Source: Actinomycetes bacterium (GTDB taxonomy: Bacteria; Actinomycetota; Actinomycetes; JACCUZ01). From it: 34,367 nucleotides of DNA. Made by a program: the position numbers and the translations under genes. Position 1 is the stretch's first letter, and each line of letters begins with the position of its first letter. Of this stretch, positions 22,714 to 31,814 are shown piece by piece. The stretch spans positions 1 to 34,367 of the forward strand of contig JBOGDY010000002.1 in the NCBI GenBank assembly GCA_050742955.1. Direction: 5' to 3'. The notes beneath the pieces are model-generated. The model was not told the origin of the DNA, searched no databases, and saw only the letters and a list, made by a program, of their open reading frames with translations.

Positions 22714-24476
22714 CAGCGGCTTACACGCCGTACGAGGAACCCGCCTGGGGTTCCGACGTCATGGTGGACGTGCTCAGGCAGCTCGGCTTGAGATACGTCA
22801 GCCTCAACCCAGGCTCGTCGTTCCGGGGCCTGCACGACTCGCTGGTGAACTACGGCGCGGACCAGGTCTCGATGATCGAGTGCCCGCACGAGAAGGTCGC
22901 CGTCGGCCTGGCCCACGGCTATGCCAAGGCCAGCGGAGAGCCGATGGCGGTCCTCCTGCACGACCTCGTGGGGCTGCTGCACGGCTCGATGGGCGTCTAC
23001 TACGCCTACATCGACCGCTGCCCGGTGCTCGTGCTCGGGGGGTCCGGACCGGCCGACCACGTGCGCCGCCGGCCCAACATCGACTGGATCCACTCGGCGA
23101 ACGTGCAGGGTGAGGCCGTCCGGGCCTACACGAAGTGGGATCACGAGCCACGCTCCATCGCCTCCGTGCCGACGGTGCTCGCGAGGGCTCACCGGATCGC
23201 ACGGGAGGAGCCCGCGGGGCCGGTCTACGTGGCCCTGGACGCCGGGCTCCAGGAGGATGCGCTCGAGGCTCCGGTCCCCCTCGACGACCTGCCCCGGCTC
23301 GCACGCGAACCCAGCGCGCTGGCACCCGAGGCCACGGCGCTGCGAGACCTGGCCCGTCGACTGTGCACCGCCGAGCGCCCGGTCATGGTGCTCGGCTACC
23401 CCGGTCGGGACCCTGCGGCGTTCGACCAGCTCGTCCAGCTCGCCGAGCTGGTCGGCGTCGGCGCCGTGGACACGCACTGGCGACTGAACTTCCCCAACCG
23501 CCATCCCTTGAACGTGACTGGGACCGAGGCGCTGGAGAACAGCGACTGCGTCCTGTTCGTCGACGTGAAGGACATGGGGAAGGCGACCCAGAGCCTGGAG
23601 TCGACCACACGTCGGATCACCACCCGTCTCGCGCCGGGGACTCAGGTTCTCGACGTCGGGTTCAACGACGTCGGGATCTCGTCATGGAGCGAGGACTACG
23701 CGGAGCTCGTGGCGACCGACCTCCAGGTGACCGCCGACACCTCGGTCGCGCTGCCGATGCTGCTGGCCGAGTGCCGCAGTCTGCTCGCGGACGAGGCATC
23801 GGACCGAGCAGCCGGCCGAGTCGCCTGGCGGGACCGGCTCGCCGGCTGGCACGAGCAGACGTGGAAGGGATGGCAGCGCCGGGCCGAGGACGTCACTGAG
23901 TCCGTACCGGTGTCCACGGCGAGGCTTGCCGCCGATGTCTGGGACGTCGTGCGCGAGCACGACTGGGTGCTCAGCGCAGGGACGGCTTCGGAGTGGGCGC
24001 TGAGACTCTGGGACTTCGACCGCCCCTACCGCCACCCCGGTCGCCAGCTCGGCACGGCCACCCAGATCGGCATCTCCCTCGGTGTCGCGCTCGCGCACAA
24101 GGGCACCGGCCGGGTCGTCGTCGACCTCCAGCCGGACGGCGACCTCATGTTCGACGTGGGGGCCCTGTGGGTCGCGGCCCGCTACGAGCTCCCGCTCCTG
24201 GTGGTGATGTTCAACAACCGGGCGTACTACAACGACTGGGAGCACCAGGAGCGGCTGGCCAGGCAGCGCGGAACCCCGGTGGACAGGGCGCACATCGGCA
24301 TGTCGATCTCCGAACCGGAGCCGGACTTCGCCACCATCGCCGAGGGCTTCGGCTGGTGGGCGGAGGGCCCGGTCACCGACCCCGGGCAGGTCCGTGAGAG
24401 CGTCGCCCGAGCAGCCGAGCACGTGCTCGCGACCGGCCGGCCGGCCCTGGTGGACGTGGTGTGCCAGCCGAAGTGA
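22710..24476 (+). CDS. thiamine-diphosphate-dependent enzyme, paralog 2
   Basis: 588 aa, colinear with 18843-20609 (WGSDVMVDVLRQLGLRYVSLNPGSSFRGLHDS, HDLVGLLHGS). Glu in CPHEKVAV. The ThDP motif is altered to PDGD (24132-24143)-x26-NNR. Confidence 0.85.
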   Translation: MTAAYTPYEEPAWGSDVMVDVLRQLGLRYVSLNPGSSFRGLHDSLVNYGADQVSMIECPHEKVAVGLAHGYAKASGEPMAVLLHDLVGLLHGSMGVYYAYIDRCPVLVLGGSGPADHVRRRPNIDWIHSANVQGEAVRAYTKWDHEPRSIASVPTVLARAHRIAREEPAGPVYVALDAGLQEDALEAPVPLDDLPRLAREPSALAPEATALRDLARRLCTAERPVMVLGYPGRDPAAFDQLVQLAELVGVGAVDTHWRLNFPNRHPLNVTGTEALENSDCVLFVDVKDMGKATQSLESTTRRITTRLAPGTQVLDVGFNDVGISSWSEDYAELVATDLQVTADTSVALPMLLAECRSLLADEASDRAAGRVAWRDRLAGWHEQTWKGWQRRAEDVTESVPVSTARLAADVWDVVREHDWVLSAGTASEWALRLWDFDRPYRHPGRQLGTATQIGISLGVALAHKGTGRVVVDLQPDGDLMFDVGALWVAARYELPLLVVMFNNRAYYNDWEHQERLARQRGTPVDRAHIGMSISEPEPDFATIAEGFGWWAEGPVTDPGQVRESVARAAEHVLATGRPALVDVVCQPK

Positions 24477-24480
24477 CGCC

Positions 24481-25767
24481 TCAGGGCTTCGGACCCTGGG
24501 AGACCGGGCGGGCGTCCGGCGGGGTCGCGGCCGGCTCGCCGGCCGACGGGTCCGCGAGCCCGGTGTACTCCCGGACCTCGTTGGGCCGGGCTGCGAACCC
24601 GAGCGCGACCAGCACCGGGCCCAGACCACCCAGGGTGAGCGCAACGACCGGCCCCAGCGCGCCCGCGATGACGCCGACCGCGACGTCGCCCAGCGCCGGC
24701 CCGCCGCGCGAGGACATCTGGTAGAACGCCTGGACTCGGCCGCGCAGCTGGTCCGGCGTCTCGATCTGGACCGCTGCGTGCCTGATGGTCGTCGCCATCG
24801 CATCGAAGGCTCCGAGGAGCAGCGCGGCTGCGAGGGCCGCGAGGAAGAGATGCACCTGCACCAGCAGGATCGCGCTCAGGCCATAGAGGCCCGTGGAGAA
24901 CAGCAGCACCCGGCCCAGGCGGCGGCTGCGCTCGACGACCCGGAAGACGGTGTAGGTCGCCAGCAAGGCGCCCGCCGACGGCGCACTGCCGAGCAGGCCG
25001 TATCCCGTCGCCCCCACGTGGAGGATGTCGACGGCCAGGGCAGGAAGGATCACGCGGTATGCGCTGAAGACCGTGGCGGACAGGTCCAGGCACATGAGCT
25101 TCCAGATCAGCGGGCGATGCGCGACGTACCGCGCGCCCTCGGCGATCGAGGCGAACACCGAGGCGCGCGGACCTTCTCCGTGCGCCAGGCCCGGAATTCT
25201 CAGCACCGCCAACACGGCGATCAGCACCGCGTAGCTCACCACGTCCACCAGGTACATCAGGCCCGGACCACCGAGCGCGATGAGCAGGCCGGCCATCGCC
25301 GGCCCGACCAGCACGGCGATCTCCCGCGACGGATTGAGCAGGGCGATGGCCTGGCCGAGCTGCTCGCGTGGCACGAGCGCGGGGATCATCGCTTGGCGCG
25401 CCGGTTGGTCGAACGTCGCTGCGGCCGTGGTGAGGAGGGCGCAGAGCAGCACGTGCCACACCTGAGCGCGGTCCGCGAGCGTGACGATGGCGAGGCCCGC
25501 GGCAACCAGCAGGGACACGAGCTGGGCCCACTGAAGCAGCCGCCGCCGGTCGTGGCGATCGGCCAGAGCGCCCCCGAGGGGGCTGAGTACCAGCAGTGCG
25601 ACGGCCTGCGCCGCACCCAGCAGGCCGGTCTGGGCGATCGACCCGGTCAGGTCGTAGACCTGGTAGAAGGTCGCGGCGACCGTGCCGCGGGTCCCGATCT
25701 GGGAGAGGACGACGCCGGACCAGTAGAGGTTGAAGTCGCGGTTGCGCAGGACGACCGGCAGGGCCAT
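24481..25767 (-). CDS. MFS transporter, MFS_3/EntS-like family
   Basis: 428 aa. RNRDFNLYWSGVVLSQIG N-terminus and GGALADRHDRRRLL loop. About 12 predicted TM segments. Confidence 0.85.
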   Translation of the reverse strand: MALPVVLRNRDFNLYWSGVVLSQIGTRGTVAATFYQVYDLTGSIAQTGLLGAAQAVALLVLSPLGGALADRHDRRRLLQWAQLVSLLVAAGLAIVTLADRAQVWHVLLCALLTTAAATFDQPARQAMIPALVPREQLGQAIALLNPSREIAVLVGPAMAGLLIALGGPGLMYLVDVVSYAVLIAVLAVLRIPGLAHGEGPRASVFASIAEGARYVAHRPLIWKLMCLDLSATVFSAYRVILPALAVDILHVGATGYGLLGSAPSAGALLATYTVFRVVERSRRLGRVLLFSTGLYGLSAILLVQVHLFLAALAAALLLGAFDAMATTIRHAAVQIETPDQLRGRVQAFYQMSSRGGPALGDVAVGVIAGALGPVVALTLGGLGPVLVALGFAARPNEVREYTGLADPSAGEPAATPPDARPVSQGPKP

Positions 25768-25784
25768 GTGTGTCCGGCCCCGGG

Positions 25785-26936
25785 TCAGCTGATCGGGACG
25801 AGGGACAGCTTGGCGGGATCCATCCGCAGATAGACGGTGGAGCCCTGCTCGATCGACACCGCAGGGTTGCCGCGAGCACGGAGCTCATGTTTCCCGACGT
25901 CCACGACGTGATCCACCGCGTCACCGAGGAAGGCCCGGGTCAGCACCGTCCCCGACCACTCGTTGTTCACCTCGCCGCCGCGTGAGGTGGTGCTGATCTC
26001 CATCGCCTCGGGACGGATCGACACCACGACCTCGGTGCCGGCGGGCATCTGTGCCCCCGAGCTGAGCTCCAGCGAACCGTCTGCCGTGTCGACGCGGTAC
26101 CGCTCGCCGTCCCGAGCCACGACCGTCCCTGCGATGAAGTTGGACGTGCCGATGAACTCTGCGACGAACTTGCAGTTGGGGTTCTCGTAGACGTCGCGGG
26201 GCCGGCCCAGCTGCATCACGTTGCCCTCTTTCATGACCGCGATGGTCGTCGAGAGGGCCAGTGCCTCGATCTGGTCGTGGGTGACGTAGACGGAGGTGAT
26301 CCCGAGGTCACGTTGCAGCCGCTTGAGCTCGTAGCGCAGCGATTCCCGCAGCTTGGCGTCGAGGTTGGACAGCGGTTCGTCCAGCAACAGCAGTGGAGGC
26401 TCGATGACGACGGCCCGGGCGAGGGCGAGGCGTTGCTGCTGGCCACCGGAGAGCTTGGTGGCCTGACGGTCGGCGTAGCCCGCCAGCTCCATGGTCTCCA
26501 GGACCTTCATCACACGCTCGGAGACCTCCCTCTTGCCGAGCCGCTCTCTGCGCTTCTTGACCTGAAGGGGAAACGCGACGTTGTCGAAGACCGACATGTG
26601 CGGCCAGATGGCGTAGGACTGGAAGACCATCCCGAGGCCGCGCTCGTTGGCCGGCACGTTCACCTTGCGCTGACCGTTCCGCGCCGAGAACAAGGGCTTG
26701 TCAGCCAGCGTGATGGCCCCGGCGTCGGGTCGCTCCAGGCCCGCTATGGAACGCAGCGTCGTGGTCTTGCCGCAGCCTGATGGCCCCAGCAGTGTGAAGA
26801 GCTCGCCGTTCTCGACCTCGAACGAAACGTCGTTGACGGCGAAGACGCGCTCAGGCGCCTCGGCTCCGCTCGCCTTGGACCGACGACTGCGACGCTCAGC
26901 GTCAAAGGTCTTCACCAGGTTGTCGATGCGCAGCAT
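25785..26936 (-). CDS. ABC transporter ATP-binding protein (PotA/FbpC/MalK-like, with C-terminal TOBE-like domain)
   Basis: Walker A GPSGCGKTT, signature LSGGQQQR and Walker B LLLLDEPLS. 383 aa. Confidence 0.95.
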   Translation of the reverse strand: MLRIDNLVKTFDAERRSRRSKASGAEAPERVFAVNDVSFEVENGELFTLLGPSGCGKTTTLRSIAGLERPDAGAITLADKPLFSARNGQRKVNVPANERGLGMVFQSYAIWPHMSVFDNVAFPLQVKKRRERLGKREVSERVMKVLETMELAGYADRQATKLSGGQQQRLALARAVVIEPPLLLLDEPLSNLDAKLRESLRYELKRLQRDLGITSVYVTHDQIEALALSTTIAVMKEGNVMQLGRPRDVYENPNCKFVAEFIGTSNFIAGTVVARDGERYRVDTADGSLELSSGAQMPAGTEVVVSIRPEAMEISTTSRGGEVNNEWSGTVLTRAFLGDAVDHVVDVGKHELRARGNPAVSIEQGSTVYLRMDPAKLSLVPIS

Positions 26937-26965
26937 TGCCTCTCCATGGATGTGCGGAGCAGCCG

Positions 26966-28720
26966 TCAGTCTTGACGGAGCCCGACCTTGGCGCCGAGCT
27001 TGTAGGCCACCGTGACGAGAAACACCAGCGTGAGGACCATGACGACGCCGAGCGCGGCCAGCACGGTGAACTGGCCGTTCTCGAACTGCTCGAAGATCAG
27101 GATCGACAGCACCTCAGTGCCCGGGCTGTAGAGCAGGATCGAGCTGGACAGCTCGCGGAAGGACACCACGAGGATGTAGATCCATCCAGCCAGCAGGCCC
27201 GGCGAGAGCAGCGGGAGCAGCACCCGTCGGAACGTCTGCCACCAGCTCGCTCCGCTGACCTGTGCCGACTCCTCGAGCTCGGAGGAGATCTGGTGCATGG
27301 ACGTCACGGCGTAGCGCATGCCGTACGGCATGTACCTCGTGACGTAGGCGATCAGCAGGATGAACAGGGTGCCGTAGATCGGGATGGGGCTGCGCAGGTA
27401 GACGAACGACAGGGCGAGCCCCAGCACCAGTCCCGGGATGACGAGCGGCACGAAGGCGAACTGGTCGATAAGCGAGCGGCCGGGGGCCCGTGAGCGCACA
27501 ACGATCCACGCCGCCACCGACATGCCCGCCATCACCAGTGTTGCGGACCCGATGCCGAGGATGAGCGAGTTCTTCAGAGCGGTCGTCGCCTGCGACAGCT
27601 CCATCAGGTCGCGGTAGTTGTCGAGGGTGACGCTCTTGAACGCCTCCATGGAAGGGGCTTGGTAGTAGGGCAGGACCGAGGTGTAGAGGAGCACGAGCAG
27701 CGGCGCGATCACCGTGAGGCAGAAGTAGAAGATGATGGCGACGCCCATGACGGGTCGCCACTTGCCGAGTTCCATGGGGCGCGGGCGGAAACCCTTACCT
27801 GTGACCGTCTGGAAGCTCTTTCCCGAGCGTCCCACGAGGTTGGAGATCGCAACACCGAGCATCGCCAGCACCAGCAGCCCCACGGCGAGTGAACCCGCGG
27901 CCGCGAGGTCCGGCGGGTAGCTGCGCAGCACGAAGTAGATACGGCTGGTGAAGACGTAGATGCCGTTCTGCAGGCCGAGCAGCGCCGGCACCTCGAAGCT
28001 CTCCAGGCTCCGGACGGCCATGATGAGAACCGCGGCGACGATCGCCGGGCGGGTGAGCGGGACGGTGATCTTGCGGAAGACCTGCCAGCGCGTGGCGCCG
28101 GACATGAGCGCCGACTCCTCGAGCGACGGATCCATCGACCGGAACGCCGCGACCATGAGGAGGAACACGATCGGCGACAGATGGAGGCCTTCGACCCACA
28201 CCATGCCCCACAGGGTGAACACGTCGAGCAGCCCCGGCCCGAACACCGGTTCCAAGGCCTTGTTGAGCAGGCCGATGTCGGGGCTGGCCAGGAAGATCCA
28301 GGAGATGGTGTAGAGGATGCCAGGGATGATCAGTGGGATGATCGACGCGGAGAAGAACAAGGCCTTGAACGGCACGTCGGTCCGCACGTTCAGGTAGGCC
28401 AACGACGTGCCGACCACGAGCGACAGGATCGCGGCGCCGGTCGCGAACAGCAGCGAGTTGCTGATCAGCTCGCCGATGCGATTGTTGCCGTAAGCCCGCT
28501 GGAAGCCGTCCAGGGTGAAGCCGGCGTCGTCGAAGAACGTTCCCCACAGCAGGTAGTACAGCGGCACCAGAGCCAGGTAGCCGATCAGGATCGCCACCGT
28601 GGCGGAGATCAGCACCTTGGGCGTAGGCACCCACCGCCGTCGCCGACCCCGCGTCAGCCCCTGCACCTCGGGGACCACGGGGGCGGCGGTCGTCGTGTCA
28701 TCGTCTGTGGCGGTGGTCAT
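26966..28720 (-). CDS. ABC transporter permease, fused double-domain (FbpB/ThiP-like)
   Basis: 584 aa from ATG 28720 (SD GGAGAGGGAAG). Two tandem BPD-transport permease modules, each with an EESA..SGA EAA-loop (LEESALMSGATRWQ and LEESAQVSGASWWQ). Confidence 0.9.
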   Translation of the reverse strand: MTTATDDDTTTAAPVVPEVQGLTRGRRRRWVPTPKVLISATVAILIGYLALVPLYYLLWGTFFDDAGFTLDGFQRAYGNNRIGELISNSLLFATGAAILSLVVGTSLAYLNVRTDVPFKALFFSASIIPLIIPGILYTISWIFLASPDIGLLNKALEPVFGPGLLDVFTLWGMVWVEGLHLSPIVFLLMVAAFRSMDPSLEESALMSGATRWQVFRKITVPLTRPAIVAAVLIMAVRSLESFEVPALLGLQNGIYVFTSRIYFVLRSYPPDLAAAGSLAVGLLVLAMLGVAISNLVGRSGKSFQTVTGKGFRPRPMELGKWRPVMGVAIIFYFCLTVIAPLLVLLYTSVLPYYQAPSMEAFKSVTLDNYRDLMELSQATTALKNSLILGIGSATLVMAGMSVAAWIVVRSRAPGRSLIDQFAFVPLVIPGLVLGLALSFVYLRSPIPIYGTLFILLIAYVTRYMPYGMRYAVTSMHQISSELEESAQVSGASWWQTFRRVLLPLLSPGLLAGWIYILVVSFRELSSSILLYSPGTEVLSILIFEQFENGQFTVLAALGVVMVLTLVFLVTVAYKLGAKVGLRQD

Positions 28721-28774
28721 CTTCCCTCTCCAGGGGGAGCCTGGCCTGTGTCCTCGCTCGCGCACTCTTGGTGT

Positions 28775-28809
28775 CGGTGATACCCGCGGGGTTGGGTGGG
28801 GTACCACCG
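28775..28809 (-). other. intercistronic RNA stem-loop between the SBP and permease genes
   Basis: The minus-strand RNA has CGGUGGUACCC - 13 nt loop - GGGUAUCACCG. That gives 11 bp including one G-U pair, with no U-tract after it. Confidence 0.35.
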
Positions 28810-28812
28810 GCC

Positions 28813-29940
28813 CTAGTTCTCGACCGCCTCGCCGCCCGCGACGACCTCGTCGTACTTCTTGGACCACTCGTCACCGGACTCGATCAGGGCCTTCACGTCG
28901 ACGGGGATCACCTCGATGCCCTCGAGCGGGTCAGAGCCATCTGGGCTGATGGAGGGGGTCAGTCCCTCATCCACCAGAACCTTCTGGCCTTCCTCGAGGA
29001 TCCAGTCGGCGAAGAGCATGGCCGCAGCGGGATGTACCGCCGTCTTCATCAGGGCGATGCCGTTGGGCCGCGAGATCACCGGCTCGACAAACGGCTGGTA
29101 GTCCACCGGCGCACCGGCCCGCTTCTGCTGCTCGACCAGGTAGCTGTAGTTCGACGCTGTGATCGCGAACTGGCCGGCAGACATGAGCTCGCCCTGGACG
29201 GTGTGTCCCTTCACGATCTTGGCCTTGCTGGCCATGTCGGCGAACAACTTGTCGATCTCTGCCTTGCTCTTGCCCTGCTTCTCCCAGTAGCCGTAGAGGG
29301 ACAGGTACCAGTCGTAGTCGGCGACCTCCATGGACAGCTGACCGTCCCACTTGGGGTCGGCCAGCTCCTCCCAGCTGGTCGGTTCCTCGCCCTTCTTCAC
29401 CATCTTCGTGTTCCAGCTGGGGGCGAAGAGGTTGTAGCGGGTGGCGGTCCAGCCGTCGAACCGCCCGGTGTCCGACACGAGTTCGCGACGCTCACCCTGG
29501 TAGTCCGCGAGCAGCTTCTCCTGGCTGAGGGCGAACATCTCCGTGGCGTTGGACTCGACCGCGTCGTTGCCGGCGTAGTTGGCCTTCTGCTCCTGCAGGA
29601 CGCGCTGGAGCACCGTTTCGGAGCTGGCCCGGTAGAGGTTGACGTCCACGTCGAACTCGTCCGAGAACGCCTCCGTCACCGAGTCGGCGACCTCGCTGGT
29701 CATCGAGGTGTAGAGGTTGAACTCGCCCTCCTCCTGGGCCAGCTTCACCAGCTTGTCGCGCCGTGCCTGGCCGGTCAGCCCTCCAATTTCCTTGTAGAGC
29801 TTCTCGGCCTTGCCGCTCTTCTGTGCCCCACCGGCCTTCTCACCGCCGGCATCCGAGGTCGGGGATCCGCCACAACCCACGATGGCGAGTGCCATACCGA
29901 GCACTAGAACACCGGTCCGTATTGCCACAATCCGTTTCAT
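28813..29940 (-). CDS. ABC transporter substrate-binding lipoprotein (family-1 SBP, Fe3+/thiamine/AfuA-like), copy 1
   Basis: MKRIVAIRTGVLVLGMALAIVGCGG is a lipoprotein signal with lipobox. An alternative start ATG 29979 overlaps the upstream stop (TGATG). Paralogous to 29979-31115. Confidence 0.85.
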   Translation of the reverse strand: MKRIVAIRTGVLVLGMALAIVGCGGSPTSDAGGEKAGGAQKSGKAEKLYKEIGGLTGQARRDKLVKLAQEEGEFNLYTSMTSEVADSVTEAFSDEFDVDVNLYRASSETVLQRVLQEQKANYAGNDAVESNATEMFALSQEKLLADYQGERRELVSDTGRFDGWTATRYNLFAPSWNTKMVKKGEEPTSWEELADPKWDGQLSMEVADYDWYLSLYGYWEKQGKSKAEIDKLFADMASKAKIVKGHTVQGELMSAGQFAITASNYSYLVEQQKRAGAPVDYQPFVEPVISRPNGIALMKTAVHPAAAMLFADWILEEGQKVLVDEGLTPSISPDGSDPLEGIEVIPVDVKALIESGDEWSKKYDEVVAGGEAVEN

Positions 29941-29978
29941 GCTGGTCCGTCCCGTGCCTTCGGAAGCGATGTCGGTCA

Positions 29979-31115
29979 TCAGCTCTCGCCCACCTGTTGG
30001 CCGCCTTGCGTGATGTCCGCGTACAGGTCATCCCACGGCTTGGGGTCCTTCAGCAGCTTCTGCTCCGGGACAGGGATGACCTCGAGACCCTCCAGGGGGT
30101 CCTTTCCTGTGGGGACGGAGCCGATCCGGAAGGCGTCTTCGAAGATCTTCTGCCCTTCGGTCAGCTCGAAGTCGACGAAGAGCATCGCGGCTGCCGGGTT
30201 GGCGGCGTTCTTCATGAGGCCGATGCCGTTCGGGCGCACCACGAGCGGTTCGACGGGGGCTCCCTCCACACGCCAGGCGACTGGCGCACCATCCTCGTTG
30301 GCGGCCTTGTCGATGGTGTGGCTGTAGCTGGACACCGAGACCGCGAACTGTCCGGCCGAGAGCAGCTCGCCCTGGACGGTATGGCCCTTCACCACCTTGG
30401 AGTTGGCCGCGACTTTGGCGAAGAGGTCCTTGACCTCCTGCTCGGACTTGCCCTGCGCCAGGTAGTAGTCGTACAGGGCGGTGAACCAGTCAACGTCGCC
30501 GACCTCCATGGACACCTTGCCCTTCCACTTCGGGTCGGCCAGGTCCTCGAAGCTCTTCGGCTCCTCGCCGGGCTTGACGAGCTTGGTGTTCCAGCCGATG
30601 ACGAAGACGTTGAACCGGGTGCCGGTCCAGTTCTGCGCCTTGGCCTCGTCCCGGGCCTGCTCGCGCAGCTCGGACTGGTACTCGTAGAGCAGGTCCTCCT
30701 GGTTGGCGACGTTGAGCTCGAGTGCGTTGGTCTCGAGCACGTCGTTGGCGAAGTAGTCGGCCTTCTGCTCCTGGAGGACACGCTGCAGGACGGACTCGGA
30801 GTTCCCGCGGTAGACGCTGACCTCGATGTCGTAGGTGTCCTCGAACACCTCGATGAGGTCCTCGATGTCGGTGTTCGAGGTGTAGATCGACAGCTCGCCT
30901 TCCTTCTCGGCGAGCTCGACGAGCTTGTCAGTTCTTGCCTGGCCGGTGAGGCCGTTGATCTGGTCGTAGACCTTCTTGGCCTTCTGCTCGTTCTTCGAGC
31001 TCGCGCCCTGGTCCCCCGAGCCCGAGCCGCCGGCGGTGGGGGAACCGCCACACGCGGCAAGACTGAGGACGCAGATGGCTGCGAGAATCGGCCGAAGCAA
31101 CCGTCGGTGTCGCAT
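29979..31115 (-). CDS. ABC transporter substrate-binding lipoprotein, copy 2
   Basis: MRHRRLLRPILAAICVLSLAACGG is a lipoprotein signal. More than half of the residues are identical to copy 1 by eye (GLTGQAR.DKLV.LA..EGE, SE.VLQRVLQEQKA.Y, VKGHTVQGEL.SAGQFA). Confidence 0.85.
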   Translation of the reverse strand: MRHRRLLRPILAAICVLSLAACGGSPTAGGSGSGDQGASSKNEQKAKKVYDQINGLTGQARTDKLVELAEKEGELSIYTSNTDIEDLIEVFEDTYDIEVSVYRGNSESVLQRVLQEQKADYFANDVLETNALELNVANQEDLLYEYQSELREQARDEAKAQNWTGTRFNVFVIGWNTKLVKPGEEPKSFEDLADPKWKGKVSMEVGDVDWFTALYDYYLAQGKSEQEVKDLFAKVAANSKVVKGHTVQGELLSAGQFAVSVSSYSHTIDKAANEDGAPVAWRVEGAPVEPLVVRPNGIGLMKNAANPAAAMLFVDFELTEGQKIFEDAFRIGSVPTGKDPLEGLEVIPVPEQKLLKDPKPWDDLYADITQGGQQVGES

Positions 31116-31120
31116 GAGAG

Positions 31121-31762
31121 TCAGTCGCCTTCTGGGTCGTGGGGCGGCACGACGGCCGCTTCATGCGGCTGCAGATGACCGCCCGGCCCGGTGTGCGCGC
31201 CGTGCACGGTGCCCTGCTCGGCCGCTGCGGCTACCAGCTCGGCGCCCTCCTCGGGGCTGAGCTGGACACTGTGCCGCTCGATGTTGTGCAGGCGCATCGT
31301 GCGCAGCAGCCCGGTGTCCTGGATCGCGAGGTAGCGCGAGGTGTCGTTCTCGTCGAGGTTGAAGTGCTGGTGCCAGGCCCAGCGAGGCGGCGCGAAGAGC
31401 GTGCCCTCGGACCACTCCACCGCCTGAATCGGCTCGTCATCGTAGTTGATCAACGAGTAGCCGTGACCCTTGACGATGTACAGGTAGGCCTCGGTGGTGT
31501 GCCGATGGCGCACGGAAGGGGTGCCCGGCTTGAGCTCCGACAGGTGCGCGGACAGCACCTCGTAGTCGGCAAGGTCGAACCAGTGCCCACGGTTGTTGCG
31601 CCACGGCCGTTCGGGCAGCTCCATCTTGCGCAGGTCGTGCGGCACCACGAGCCCCTCGATGGGCGGGTGCTTACGGTTGAACTCGTCCCGCGCCGCGATC
31701 TCCGACGAGTCGCGATTCCGCTTCTCGTTGGCGAGCACCCCGCTGAGGTAGTCGTTACGCAC
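31121..31762 (-). CDS. monocupin protein related to the gentisate-dioxygenase-type domain
   Basis: 213 aa. VRHRHTTEAYLYIVKGHG ... PPRWAWHQHFN closely resembles the C-terminal domain of the bicupin at 16877-17944. The stop lies 5 nt before the SBP copy-2 start. Confidence 0.75.
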   Translation of the reverse strand: MRNDYLSGVLANEKRNRDSSEIAARDEFNRKHPPIEGLVVPHDLRKMELPERPWRNNRGHWFDLADYEVLSAHLSELKPGTPSVRHRHTTEAYLYIVKGHGYSLINYDDEPIQAVEWSEGTLFAPPRWAWHQHFNLDENDTSRYLAIQDTGLLRTMRLHNIERHSVQLSPEEGAELVAAAAEQGTVHGAHTGPGGHLQPHEAAVVPPHDPEGD

Positions 31763-31814
31763 GTCGCCGTCCTTCCCTTGCGACTGGATTCACGATGGAA
31801 GACCGAGGGAGGTC

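Noticed and set aside
18843-24476. The two ThDP enzymes as ilvB-type acetolactate synthases, or a TPP riboswitch controlling them.
   Set aside because: There is no ilvN or ilvC nearby, and the N-domain motifs are divergent. The genes overlap their neighbours, so there is no leader. I saw no CTGAGA...ACCTGA riboswitch core in any adjacent non-coding stretch.
25785-31115. Labelling the ABC system as a ferric-iron (FbpABC) importer or siderophore-related, with the EntS-like MFS proteins as siderophore exporters.
   Set aside because: Only the fold and family are recognisable. No siderophore biosynthesis genes or Fur/IdeR-type box was seen. The operon is fused to cupin and dehydrogenase genes, so the substrate is left open.
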